The notes beneath the pieces are model-generated. The model had not been told where the DNA came from and ran no database searches. It saw only the letters and a program-made list of their open reading frames with translations. The translations under genes and the position numbers were made by a program. 64,000 nucleotides of DNA from a virus (lineage: Duplodnaviria > Caudoviricetes). Numbering within the stretch: the stretch's first letter is position 1; every line of letters begins with the position of its first letter. This document shows positions 30,907 through 40,218 of the stretch, in pieces. The stretch covers positions 192,001-256,000 of the IMG/VR virus record IMGVR_UViG_3300022719_000071; one strand, written 5' to 3'.

Positions 30907-31422
30907 TTATCTCAGGTTGGTGGACTTGATTAGTTCAGCTACTGGAATGCCCGAATCAAAATCTAACTGAACAGTTCCATAGCGCTTACGATTACGATTA
31001 ACTTCCGCAGGAAACACTGCACCATTTTCGTTAATCATAAATAACCCCCAACGTACTGCGCCGGTCTGTTCCTCTGCCAAGCGGAGGGTGTCTTCCGCTG
31101 TGAGCAAACAGATAATTCTACCGACGTGTGGCTGGTCTACTATCAGTTCTTTCGAGAAGATAATCTTCTGCTGCCCCGGAATCTGCTCCAAATCCTCTTG
31201 AGTCTCCATTACCCAGAATACAATCTTGACCTTCCCCTTGTCTGTGAAAGGTAAGAGGTTGATTGGAACTCCATCCTGATTGCCAAATACAAACTCGATT
31301 GGTTCATCTATCCCAGGAATTAATTTCAGGATTCCATCACCCGAACGATTCTGCCGTCCTGGCAGGCTCAGATTGACCCGAGGGATGTTGTATTCTACGT
31401 TGTAGATAACTCTGTTGCTCAT
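30907..31422 (-). CDS. Hypothetical structural protein (Ig/BppU-like beta sandwich possible)
   Basis: First gene of the minus-strand operon, behind TAAATA at 31451. Confidence 0.6.
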   Translation of the reverse strand: MSNRVIYNVEYNIPRVNLSLPGRQNRSGDGILKLIPGIDEPIEFVFGNQDGVPINLLPFTDKGKVKIVFWVMETQEDLEQIPGQQKIIFSKELIVDQPHVGRIICLLTAEDTLRLAEEQTGAVRWGLFMINENGAVFPAEVNRNRKRYGTVQLDFDSGIPVAELIKSTNLR

Positions 31423-31436
31423 TTGGTACAGTATCC

Positions 31437-31465
31437 TTGACAGTCACCAGTATTTATGTTACCAT
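31437..31465 (+). promoter_or_regulatory. Sigma70-type promoter overlapping a divergent late promoter
   Basis: TTGACA-N17-TACCAT; the spacer contains TATTTA (TAAATA on the minus strand). Confidence 0.6.
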
Positions 31466-31490
31466 TGCACATAGCCTATAGGACCAAATC

Positions 31491-32030
31491 ATGGATATAG
31501 ACGAGACATTACTATTTGATGAAGACGAGCTTGCGATGCTCAGTCGGGACTTTGTGAACGATCCAGATTACAGCCGTGCTGCACGTCACGTTTTATTCGT
31601 CTATGGAACCATGAAACAGGGTCATATCAACCACAACCGTCTTCATCAAGATGGTCGAACCAAGTTCCTTGGTCACGCAAAAACTGAAACTCCAGAATAT
31701 GACCTGGGAATTTGGCACAAGAAGGATGACACCCGAGTTCCTGTTGCCCAAGACGGAGATCACTATCTCTGCGGAGAACTGTACGAAATCACCGGTCCAA
31801 TGCTACAGATGGTAGATCTCTGCGAGGGGCACCCAACAACATACAAAAGGATACGCATTCTAGTCGGTGGGGACAAGGCGTGGATGTATTTCTTCACCGG
31901 ATGGACAATTACACCAAGAGCCCCTGAGATCACGGAATACGCTGTGAAACAGGCTCGTGGTAAATGGATCAACAAAATGGAGTATCGAGCATGGAAGAAT
32001 CCAATCAAATGCAAAATATGCACCAACTAG
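31491..32030 (+). CDS. Gamma-glutamylcyclotransferase (AIG2-like) family protein 1
   Basis: LFVYGTMKQG..NH, GELYEI, DLCEGHP..YKR. Confidence 0.85.
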   Translation: MDIDETLLFDEDELAMLSRDFVNDPDYSRAARHVLFVYGTMKQGHINHNRLHQDGRTKFLGHAKTETPEYDLGIWHKKDDTRVPVAQDGDHYLCGELYEITGPMLQMVDLCEGHPTTYKRIRILVGGDKAWMYFFTGWTITPRAPEITEYAVKQARGKWINKMEYRAWKNPIKCKICTN

Positions 32031-32479
32031 CTTGGCTGCGAAAGCTAAAGGAAAGCCCCGAATACGCCCAGAATGGACATCTGGTTTTCGTGTATGGCAC
32101 CCTGAAGCGTGGGTTCTACAACTCTCCTATTCTGGAAGAATCAGAACTCCTGACGGTAACCAGAACCAAAGACAGCAAGTACGAAATGGTGTCAATAATG
32201 AACCTCTTTCCTGCTGTCATTCCTGGTGAGTTTCGTATCTCTGGTGAAGTCTACAGGATCTCGGGCATGGCTCTGTGGCAGTTGGACATGATCGAGGACC
32301 ATGGCGATTTATATGAACGCAGAAAAGTCAATGTCGAAGGGTTGAAAGAGCCGGTATGGATGTATTTCCTCCTCGATATGAACATCTGCCCCCCGTCCCA
32401 CATGTCCCCGCTAGTATTCACCAATTCGGAAGAATGGACCCAGACATGGATCTCGCTCGATGAGGAATATCTTTCTTGA
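31964..32479 (+). CDS. Gamma-glutamylcyclotransferase family protein 2 (start uncertain)
   Basis: VFVYGTLKRG.YN, GEVYRI, LDMIEDHG.LYERR. Confidence 0.85.
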   Translation: MDQQNGVSSMEESNQMQNMHQLAWLRKLKESPEYAQNGHLVFVYGTLKRGFYNSPILEESELLTVTRTKDSKYEMVSIMNLFPAVIPGEFRISGEVYRISGMALWQLDMIEDHGDLYERRKVNVEGLKEPVWMYFLLDMNICPPSHMSPLVFTNSEEWTQTWISLDEEYLS

Positions 32480-32642
32480 TGAATTTGACATGTAAATGAA
32501 TGTCAAGCCGTATTGGGCACGAGGAAAAGCCTTCTGCGGTGTTTGAGGCACACCTTTCTAAGTAGGAGTCCGATAAGCCACTATTCCTCACTTGTTGGTG
32601 TAAATATAATTGCCAACCAACCTTGAAACGAGGAAACTTACA

Positions 32643-33386
32643 ATGGCTTACGATTACGATACAGATATTCTTACTGGTCTATGGACTGGTGCTGAAGATG
32701 GTGCAGAACCATACGCATCTTTCCTAGCAGCAAACCCAACATTAACAGACGACGTGGCAGAGAATAGAATTCTTTCGACCATTGAAGCAGTTCGCTCCCA
32801 CATGGAGTTGCTGGCAGACCGTGACGAGGCTCGCCTTTTCCACTTCTGCCTGAGCACCATGCTTGAGGGTTTTGGCTCCGGTGGTTTTGTCTATGGAAGC
32901 ACTTCCCGCAACGAGCAGGTAATTGTAGAAGGAAACAAGCCTAACGCAGTCTTTACAGCAACCGATGATATCGAGTTTGCTGAGCTTGACGGTGTAAGCG
33001 GTGGTGCTTCTATCTCTATAGTTGCTGCTGGTGGTACCACAGTCGATGACGTAGTTACTGCTATCAACGGTGACGGTGCTCTAACTGCTGCTGGAATCTT
33101 CGCAGAGGTCACTCCAGACCGTCGTCTGCGCATCTACCAGGAGCCTGTTGCTCCTGCGACCGCTGCTGCTGGCTTTGTTATCACGCAGGCCGCCGGCGGT
33201 GCTAACGACCTTATCATTGCCAACGCTGGTATTTCCATTCAGGCTCCGGGCAATCCAAACGGATTGACTAAAGGTGGTCTGAACGGTGGTGTCTTCTTGG
33301 CTAAGGTAACCCAGGTTGCCAACAGGGCACGTGACCGTGCTCTACAGGTATTCGCAGGACAGATCAGAGAAAGCGATCTAACATAA
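32643..33386 (+). CDS. Probable virion structural protein
   Basis: TAAATA at 32601, GAGG RBS, Ala/Gly/Thr-rich, codon usage like the sheath gene. Confidence 0.65.
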   Translation: MAYDYDTDILTGLWTGAEDGAEPYASFLAANPTLTDDVAENRILSTIEAVRSHMELLADRDEARLFHFCLSTMLEGFGSGGFVYGSTSRNEQVIVEGNKPNAVFTATDDIEFAELDGVSGGASISIVAAGGTTVDDVVTAINGDGALTAAGIFAEVTPDRRLRIYQEPVAPATAAAGFVITQAAGGANDLIIANAGISIQAPGNPNGLTKGGLNGGVFLAKVTQVANRARDRALQVFAGQIRESDLT

Positions 33387-33408
33387 TTCATTGGCGAATG
33401 AAACGACA

Positions 33409-33629
33409 ATGGGGTATGACAACGACGTTGACGTTCTGATCGCTTTGTGGACTTGGTTGTAACAGCCATGACCAGCGTTGAACTTACTGATGCTGTAATT
33501 ATTCTTGGGTAAAGATCCAGCATACCAAAGAAAGTTGCCAACCAAGGACGTGACCTAGCAATTAACCACGTCACCAAACCCCGAACTGGTTCTCTAAACT
33601 CGCTTGAAAATGAGGTTCCATCCTGGTAA
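33409..33629 (+). pseudogene. Decayed, internally deleted paralog of the 32643 gene
   Basis: MGYDNDVDVLIALWT matches MAYDYDTDILTGLWT; in a shifted frame VANQGRDLAINHV matches VANRARDRALQVF; stops at 33460 and 33510. Confidence 0.7.
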
Positions 33630-33638
33630 AATATCAGG

Positions 33639-34106
33639 ATGGATACCTCTGTCTACAACTTTCGTTCTACCGGTCGAATCGTTTACGACCCAAAGCGTGG
33701 TGGCATGAAACGCCGCACAAAGTGGTGGTGCGTTTTGAACGTGGATCGTGAAATCACCCGCTACTATCGTTGGTGGGTTTCCCGTCGTTTTTGGGGCATG
33801 ACTGCCATGAAGGACGACTGGCTGTGTCAGCCTTCTTGGGATGCCCATGTATCCATCATTCGTGGTGAAACTCCACGTCGTGAGTTCCGCTCTTTGTGGG
33901 GTAAGTATCAGGGAGAAGAGGTTGAGTTCTGGTATTCTCACAATGCTTGTCTTGCCGGTGACCGTGGCACTCGGTACGCTGAAGATGGAGACTTCTGGTT
34001 CGTGGATGTCTACTGTCCAAGGATTGATGAAATTCGTGACGAACTTGGCCTCAAGACTTTCTACAAGTACCACCTGACCGTGGGACGGACATACGATGGG
34101 AGATGA
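33639..34106 (+). CDS. 2H phosphoesterase family protein
   Basis: Two HxS/T motifs, AHVSII and YHLTVG, with typical spacing. Confidence 0.75.
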   Translation: MDTSVYNFRSTGRIVYDPKRGGMKRRTKWWCVLNVDREITRYYRWWVSRRFWGMTAMKDDWLCQPSWDAHVSIIRGETPRREFRSLWGKYQGEEVEFWYSHNACLAGDRGTRYAEDGDFWFVDVYCPRIDEIRDELGLKTFYKYHLTVGRTYDGR

Positions 34107-34393
34107 CCATGGACGACGAGATGAAGAAATTCTTCGAGAGATGTAAAAGCGAGGCACCGATAGATCACAACTTCGAGTATGATACCGAGTCCAATGCGGA
34201 CGGGGAATATGCTCTGGTTCGTGAGATCAGTGAGGATGATGATAATATGTACGTCCAAATCCTGGTTAGTGGAGACCTCGACGGAGTGTCCTGGATGTAT
34301 GATCGAGCTTGCGAGTTCTTCCCAGAATTCAAAGGCGGAATCATGAAGACGGACGACTACTACCGTTTTGGGGAGAAAGTTGATTTCCATTGA
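34103..34393 (+). CDS. Small acidic hypothetical protein
   Basis: 96-aa ORF coupled to the upstream gene (ATGA), GGGAG RBS. Confidence 0.6.
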   Translation: MTMDDEMKKFFERCKSEAPIDHNFEYDTESNADGEYALVREISEDDDNMYVQILVSGDLDGVSWMYDRACEFFPEFKGGIMKTDDYYRFGEKVDFH

Positions 34394-34414
34394 TACTCGT
34401 CATACATTTTATAA

Positions 34415-35443
34415 ATGACGGATATCCTCGCTGAAATCAAGCTGGTAATCCCCGGCAACCGACGAGTATCGCCCTCGGGTTGGATTAACCTTTGTTGTCC
34501 AGCCTGTGGCGACCGTCGCTATCGTGGGGGTTTCAAATTCACTCCTACGGGTGGCTTCCGTTATTACTGCTTTAACGGTGGTTGCGACTTCAACCTACGT
34601 CCAACCGGTTGGGAGCCAGAGGAAGGTTTTGGTGGTCGCCCTCGTAAGCTCTTTGAAATGTTGGGTGGCGACGTTCGTAAGATCCCGCTGAAGGAAATAA
34701 TGAAGTGGAACAACAAGAGGTACACTTCAAGCGGAGAGGTTGAATTCGTAGAAAAGGAAGCTGAGGTATCTTGGCAATTTCCATCAGCCAGATTGCCAAA
34801 AGGCAGTGTGCCACTTCTTGATGTGGCTCATATAGACCCTGCTGCAAACAAGGTTATGCAGTATGCAGCCAAGGAAAGAAGGTTGGGCTATTTGGTAAAG
34901 GAGCTGCCATTGATGTGGTCTCCTGAGCAACCATATTACATGCTGATCCCGTACATCCACTACAATGACAAGATCGTTGGTTACCTTGGCCGACACATCT
35001 TCAGGAAAAGCGGACCCAAACGTTTCATTCAGAAAGCCCCCAAAGATTACGTATTCAATCAGCATCTCATATCCAGTTATGACGCTCGATATCTGTTTGT
35101 GGTAGAGTCCCCACTGGATGCGTTGATACTGGGCTGTGTAGCAGTTCGTAATGACCGCATGACTGAGAAACAGGTAAACCTCTTGAAAGTCAGCGGAAAA
35201 GAGATAGTTTTAATACCAGACCGCAAAGAAGGAGAATGGGACGGTTTCTTTCAAATTGCTAAGGAAAACAACTGGTTCGTTTCTGTTCCTCGGTGGCCCG
35301 GACACGAAAGATGGGAGCGTGCCTCGGATATAGCTGAGTGTGCACGAAAGAATGGTCGTCTTTACACTATAGAGACGATCATGGATGCTGCCACACGCAA
35401 CCTTAACAAAGCCCGTGAAATGATAACCCTGCAACAAACATGA
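34415..35443 (+). CDS. gp61: DNA primase (gp61/DnaG-like, Zn ribbon + Toprim) with atypical acidic motifs
   Basis: CPAC...RGG...YYCFNGGC zinc-binding domain; VVESPLDA; IPDRKE; directly upstream of the helicase. Confidence 0.82.
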   Translation: MTDILAEIKLVIPGNRRVSPSGWINLCCPACGDRRYRGGFKFTPTGGFRYYCFNGGCDFNLRPTGWEPEEGFGGRPRKLFEMLGGDVRKIPLKEIMKWNNKRYTSSGEVEFVEKEAEVSWQFPSARLPKGSVPLLDVAHIDPAANKVMQYAAKERRLGYLVKELPLMWSPEQPYYMLIPYIHYNDKIVGYLGRHIFRKSGPKRFIQKAPKDYVFNQHLISSYDARYLFVVESPLDALILGCVAVRNDRMTEKQVNLLKVSGKEIVLIPDRKEGEWDGFFQIAKENNWFVSVPRWPGHERWERASDIAECARKNGRLYTIETIMDAATRNLNKAREMITLQQT

Positions 35444-36978
35444 GTGATGAAGACGAGTACATGTACGGGGAAGTCGATGGTCCTGACGAGGACGAACTTC
35501 AATCCGTAGATGATATGATCGATGAGGCCGAGTCGGACATTGAGCCGTCTGACTACACGCAGCATATGCTGTTGTCTTATCTCGTTTCCAACCCGTCGCT
35601 ATGGATTAAGTGCAGGCCCATCATCAAGGAAAGCTATTTCGACCGAGAGTACAGGCCAGTTATTGATTTGCTTCGCAAACATGTCGATCAGTACAATGAC
35701 CTACCCAATCCGATAATAATTCATGCCAAGACTGGTGTGAAGCTGAATTATATGGATGATGCGCAGAAGGACTCACGGGTGTCCTGGTTTTGCGATGCCA
35801 TGGAAGAATTCTGTCGCATCCAAGCGTTCCACTCGTTTCTCATTAATGCAGCAGAAAAAACCGAGAGTGATCGTAGCGGAGACACCTTAGCCTCTCTACT
35901 CAAGGATGCAGAGCAGGTAGTACAAATCTCCCTACACCGTGATCTTGGCCTGGAGATTCACGACTCCACCAGGGATGTTCTTACATCGGCGCAGAAGGAT
36001 GACAACATTACTACCGGGTACACAATGCTTGACCGAGCATTCAGCGGTGGTATCACACGACCTAGTTTCAACTTGGTGTCTGCTGCTTCTGGTGACGGAA
36101 AGTCAATCTTCATGCAAAATCTTGCAGTCAACGCTGCTGAAAATGGAGAGAATGTCATTTTTTACAGCCTGGAATTAGAGCCTGCCATTATTCTTAAACG
36201 CTTTGTTGCCATGATGACAGACACCAACATTAACTTGGTGTATGAGCATCTAGACTCAGTAGCATACACAATGTATAGCCGCAAAAAGAAGGATGGCGAA
36301 ATCTGGGTGAAGAAGTTCCCAATGACAAACACAACCGTTGCGGACATCGCATCACATTACCTTGAGCTAACCATGCAAACCGGCATGTATTTTGGCTTCG
36401 TTTGCGTTGACTACATAGACGTGATGTACCCCATTACTAGTAAGGTTGATATTGGTAATATCCATCAGAAGGACAAGGCTGTTGCGGAGGAGTTGAATGA
36501 CTGGACGCACAAACAGAAGATCATCTGTTGGAGTGCATCACAGCAAACCAAAGGGGCACAGGATGAAAAGGATGCACGACAGTCAGGTGTTGCGGGTGGT
36601 ACTCCCAAAATCAATACTTGCGACAATCTCATTATCGGAAAGCGATCTGAAAAAGACAAGGAAGACGAACGTTGGTGGGGACATATTGCAAAGGCTCGTA
36701 GTTCCGGTGGAACAAAGGCTAAAGTTCCCTTCCGTTGGAACAAAGATACTCAGCGTATGTTTGACGGTGATCCCGAACTCTTTGAAGAAGCAAACCCCTT
36801 CCTGTTCGGAAAGAAACGTTCCCATCTATCCGAAGACGATGAGAGTGAGCGCATAAGCAATGATCCTTTGCTCAAGGGATCAAAGTTGCTAAAGAAAGAA
36901 GCCAAACCAGTAGGTAAAGAAGGAACAGGTAAAGCCACATTAGATAGGTTGGCAAAACAGTTCGGGAGCACCACATGA
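35440..36978 (+). CDS. gp41: Replicative DNA helicase (gp41/DnaB-like)
   Basis: ITTGY..LD..FSGG, AASGDGKS (Walker A), YSLEL, VCVDYID, WSASQ, KARSS. Confidence 0.92.
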   Translation: MSDEDEYMYGEVDGPDEDELQSVDDMIDEAESDIEPSDYTQHMLLSYLVSNPSLWIKCRPIIKESYFDREYRPVIDLLRKHVDQYNDLPNPIIIHAKTGVKLNYMDDAQKDSRVSWFCDAMEEFCRIQAFHSFLINAAEKTESDRSGDTLASLLKDAEQVVQISLHRDLGLEIHDSTRDVLTSAQKDDNITTGYTMLDRAFSGGITRPSFNLVSAASGDGKSIFMQNLAVNAAENGENVIFYSLELEPAIILKRFVAMMTDTNINLVYEHLDSVAYTMYSRKKKDGEIWVKKFPMTNTTVADIASHYLELTMQTGMYFGFVCVDYIDVMYPITSKVDIGNIHQKDKAVAEELNDWTHKQKIICWSASQQTKGAQDEKDARQSGVAGGTPKINTCDNLIIGKRSEKDKEDERWWGHIAKARSSGGTKAKVPFRWNKDTQRMFDGDPELFEEANPFLFGKKRSHLSEDDESERISNDPLLKGSKLLKKEAKPVGKEGTGKATLDRLAKQFGSTT

Positions 36979-37472
36979 CAAAACAAAAATCCATCCCTGG
37001 ATTACACGAGTCAGGTATGTTCTTTGAGTATTACGTATTCGAGCCACGTTCCAATTTCAAGGAAGAAGACCTACATCACGTCCTTCGGTATTTTGATATC
37101 AAGTTTGAGGATGAATCTCTCATTCCCGTAAACGTTCGTCAACACTTCGAGGGACTAGTATTCAAACCAACTGACAAGTTGACTGCCAATGAATTCGCAG
37201 ACATTCTCAAGGCGATGAAAATCAAGCTTGGTTCCGAGAAGTTGCTGACTCGTTTACCGAAGACTGTGCAGGAACATTTTAACGAGGAACTGGTATTCGA
37301 TCCTTATGATGACTTTTCGTTGTCTGATTTGAATGAGTTCCTTCTGAAATTCATTCACTTTAGAATTACGACCAAACAATTCAATGCTTTACCCCGTAAT
37401 GTCAAGAGGGAATTCATCGTGTTTACTCGTGATGGAAAGACTTGGCGCTATGGTGACAGACGCCCGACTTAA
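36975..37472 (+). CDS. Hypothetical protein made of three ~45-aa repeats
   Basis: F.P...(F/L)...(D/E)(L/F)...L....I......P..V..(H/E)F occurs three times. Confidence 0.65.
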   Translation: MTKQKSIPGLHESGMFFEYYVFEPRSNFKEEDLHHVLRYFDIKFEDESLIPVNVRQHFEGLVFKPTDKLTANEFADILKAMKIKLGSEKLLTRLPKTVQEHFNEELVFDPYDDFSLSDLNEFLLKFIHFRITTKQFNALPRNVKREFIVFTRDGKTWRYGDRRPT

Positions 37473-37481
37473 ATACCTGTT

Positions 37482-37721
37482 ATGTCAAAGAGCGTATTCG
37501 AAGAACTCAACTCCATGTTCTCGACCCAGAACGTTTCTGTCCGGGGAGAGAATGCGTGGGCCGTTGCTGTCAAATTCCTAAGCCTTCTGCAAGAGCAAGT
37601 TCCAGACGAAGATGAGCAAAAGAAGCTCATGTTCACCTGGATGCGTGCTGTAAAAGACAATGATTTTAAGAAATTCGAGCGAGCCTTGCGTCGATACCAA
37701 CGTAAACTGGATAAGGGGTAA
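37482..37721 (+). CDS. Small hypothetical protein
   Basis: 79 aa, TAAATA at 37470. Confidence 0.6.
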   Translation: MSKSVFEELNSMFSTQNVSVRGENAWAVAVKFLSLLQEQVPDEDEQKKLMFTWMRAVKDNDFKKFERALRRYQRKLDKG

Positions 37722-37802
37722 ATAGGTAGGTGAGGTAATCTCACACCAGCACTATCTGTATCCCGCATCGCATTATACTACTGGAACGACTAATCCATAA
37801 TC

Positions 37803-38222
37803 ATGAAATTATCTGATCTGAGAAGACCAATAAAAGAGATGTCTAGCGGTGGAGCCGTTGGTGGTGGTGCTATTGCATCTACCAACGGTGGTCTTGGAAA
37901 TTGGGCATCCACGGTAAAGAAGAGTAAGAAGAAGCGAACGACAAAGTATGGGCATACCATCCTACAACGTGAAGACCGTCAGTCTGCGGATGGTCTATTC
38001 AAGCAAGGATATGAATCTGGTCGGTATGATGGATTGAAGGCAGGGAAGAAAGATCGAGATCACGGCTTGCATAAACCTGAATATTTCGATAAAGCGAAGC
38101 ATACTGGACCACACGATCCGTCTAAGCGTGGCCGTGTTACTATAGCTAACGCCTATGATAAGGGATATCAAGCTGGATATCAGGATGCTTACTATAATGC
38201 CTTAACCGGTGGAGTTGAGTAA
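37803..38222 (+). CDS. Candidate head-internal protein (MKLSDL...IKE leader)
   Basis: N-terminal leader, Gly-rich then Lys-rich segments; TAAATA at 37719. Confidence 0.55.
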   Translation: MKLSDLRRPIKEMSSGGAVGGGAIASTNGGLGNWASTVKKSKKKRTTKYGHTILQREDRQSADGLFKQGYESGRYDGLKAGKKDRDHGLHKPEYFDKAKHTGPHDPSKRGRVTIANAYDKGYQAGYQDAYYNALTGGVE

Positions 38223-39410
38223 GTCCTGAGTGATATGTTTCCAGGATTGACCTCTTTTGATCTTGGTAACAAGCGTAGTGCTAATACCATACTCTTTGGC
38301 AATCACCGCTCTATTCCTACTATCCCAAAAGATAGCTACCACATCGGTCTCAGTTAATTTGCTTCTCCCGTTCTTCGATCCACGAACACTATCCCGTTGT
38401 TTCATATTCCACAAATGACCATGACTGCCGATACCACCAATGGTCATGTTATATCCACTTGGATATAATGAGTTTTGTCGCATGATTAGAGTTTGCATCA
38501 ATCTATATGCTTCTTCTTGAGTTTCAAACTCTGATATGATTTGACGAATGAATATATGTCTGCCATGGTTCTTTATCTCTTCCCTGATAAGTCGAGAACC
38601 ATGACCGGAAAGAATTTGAGACATTCGTTTCTTAGGTTCTTTGGAGATTCCAATAAGAACTTTATTGTTGACCGTGTTCAGTAACCGATAAACAAAAAAT
38701 CCATTGCTGCTTTTGGATTCAATGAGTCCTTTACTCGGTTTGATCAAACCTTTTGTTGCCTTCTTCCAACTTTTTCTCCTTTTGATGTTGGACACTGCTG
38801 ATTGATCAATGTCATAATCTTTTGCTATGATACTTTGATTTCTTGAATCTAAAAAAATAGCCTTAGCATCCTCTTCAGTGATTTTTCTTTTATCGCTCTC
38901 ATACACGGGGGCTTCACTTCGATTCAGGTGGGGCCATGTTATACCCTGTCTAACCTGATAAACAGTAGAGCGATGAACGTTGTATTTCTTGGTAGCTTTA
39001 ATCTCTGAACATGGATCATGGATGATAGCTAATGCTGTTTCTTCGCTAAGAACAGAGTTGTGGTGTTTTTCACCGAACTTGGGTCCAGTGATATAATAAC
39101 CTCCGGGAGTTTGATTGTATCCAGATACAAACGAACCATTTTCAGCAATGTGTTCACGTTCCTTTGCCAATGCTTCATCAATCGACAACCCAGATTCTAA
39201 CTCTTTATACTCAAAGGCATCTATACCATGCTTCTTTATAGCTTGATAAATCCACGACCTTGGATTGTATCCTTGCATATGATGTCGTTTTCTAGCCAAT
39301 GCATCTGATGTTAGACCAATATAGCACTTCCCATTAAGCTTATTCTTCCATTTGTAAATCACATAAGTCTTCACAGTTTTACCTATTAGTGCAGGAAAAT
39401 CACCGATCAT
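38202..39410 (-). mobile_element. Free-standing GIY-YIG endonuclease with two GIY-YIG modules and NUMOD1/HTH repeats
   Basis: YVIYKWKNKLNGKCYIGLT...R..HH...E; second module FVYRLLNTVNNKVLIGIS; repeated KLTE....I..D.R....IAK.Y.I; AT-rich. Confidence 0.85.
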
Positions 39411-39494
39411 AGTAAATACTTATGTCAAACAATAACCCGACTTAGAAGATTGAAATATGACTCTACTAAGTCATTGATTTTTGAGGAAAATACT

Positions 39495-40121
39495 GTGAGC
39501 ATTGCAAGATATGACGTTAACAACGCCAACGTGAATCGTGAAGTACGGTTTCACGTCGAGGCAGATGGCGGTCCTATCGCCAACACGTTCCTGGCTCTAA
39601 AGGGTCCAGCTAACGTATACCCATTCTATAATCAGGTCACTGGTACCCCAACTGTGGAGCAGGAGCTAGGTCAGCTACGTCTGAATTTAGTTCAGCGTGC
39701 TATGGCTTTGTACACCATCACCGTGGCTCTACAGGTTGCTGAAGATGGTTCTTCCATGGATCTCATCTTCGAGGTTGATGAATTTGGTGCGTACTTCAAC
39801 CAGCGTGCATTCACCGTTGCCGGTGACTCCTGGCCTCTAGACCCAACTGATGACAAGCATCACGTTGAGGACATTACCGACTTCCTCGGAACCGGTGGTA
39901 TGACTATGGTTAAGACCAAGCCCGGACTACAGAGCCTAGTGGACTCTCTGGCCACTGTCTCTTTTGACAGCGGAACCACTGGTCCATTCGGTACTCTATC
40001 TACTGGTGGTACCGTTACCCTACCAGATGGTCGTGTTGTAACGGTCGGTCCCGCAGCCCCTGCCCTACCAGCAACGACCAACCCCGCTGGTCTGACGGTG
40101 ACCTGGGTAGACGTAGGCTAA
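39495..40121 (+). CDS. Probable virion structural protein
   Basis: GTG at 39495 with GAGG RBS (ORF track start is TTG 39450); TAAATA at 39413; followed by a terminator. Confidence 0.65.
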   Translation: MSIARYDVNNANVNREVRFHVEADGGPIANTFLALKGPANVYPFYNQVTGTPTVEQELGQLRLNLVQRAMALYTITVALQVAEDGSSMDLIFEVDEFGAYFNQRAFTVAGDSWPLDPTDDKHHVEDITDFLGTGGMTMVKTKPGLQSLVDSLATVSFDSGTTGPFGTLSTGGTVTLPDGRVVTVGPAAPALPATTNPAGLTVTWVDVG

Positions 40122-40147
40122 GCTCTGACGTTTATCGTCCCATTGAG

Positions 40148-40178
40148 AAGGGGAGGCTTTGGCCTCCCCTTTTCTTTT
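40148..40178 (+). terminator. Intrinsic terminator
   Basis: AAGGGGAGGC-TTTG-GCCTCCCCTT followed by TTCTTTT. Confidence 0.85.
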
Positions 40179-40218
40179 CATGACATGTAAATATATTGGT
40201 ATTACAGGATATTCATAC

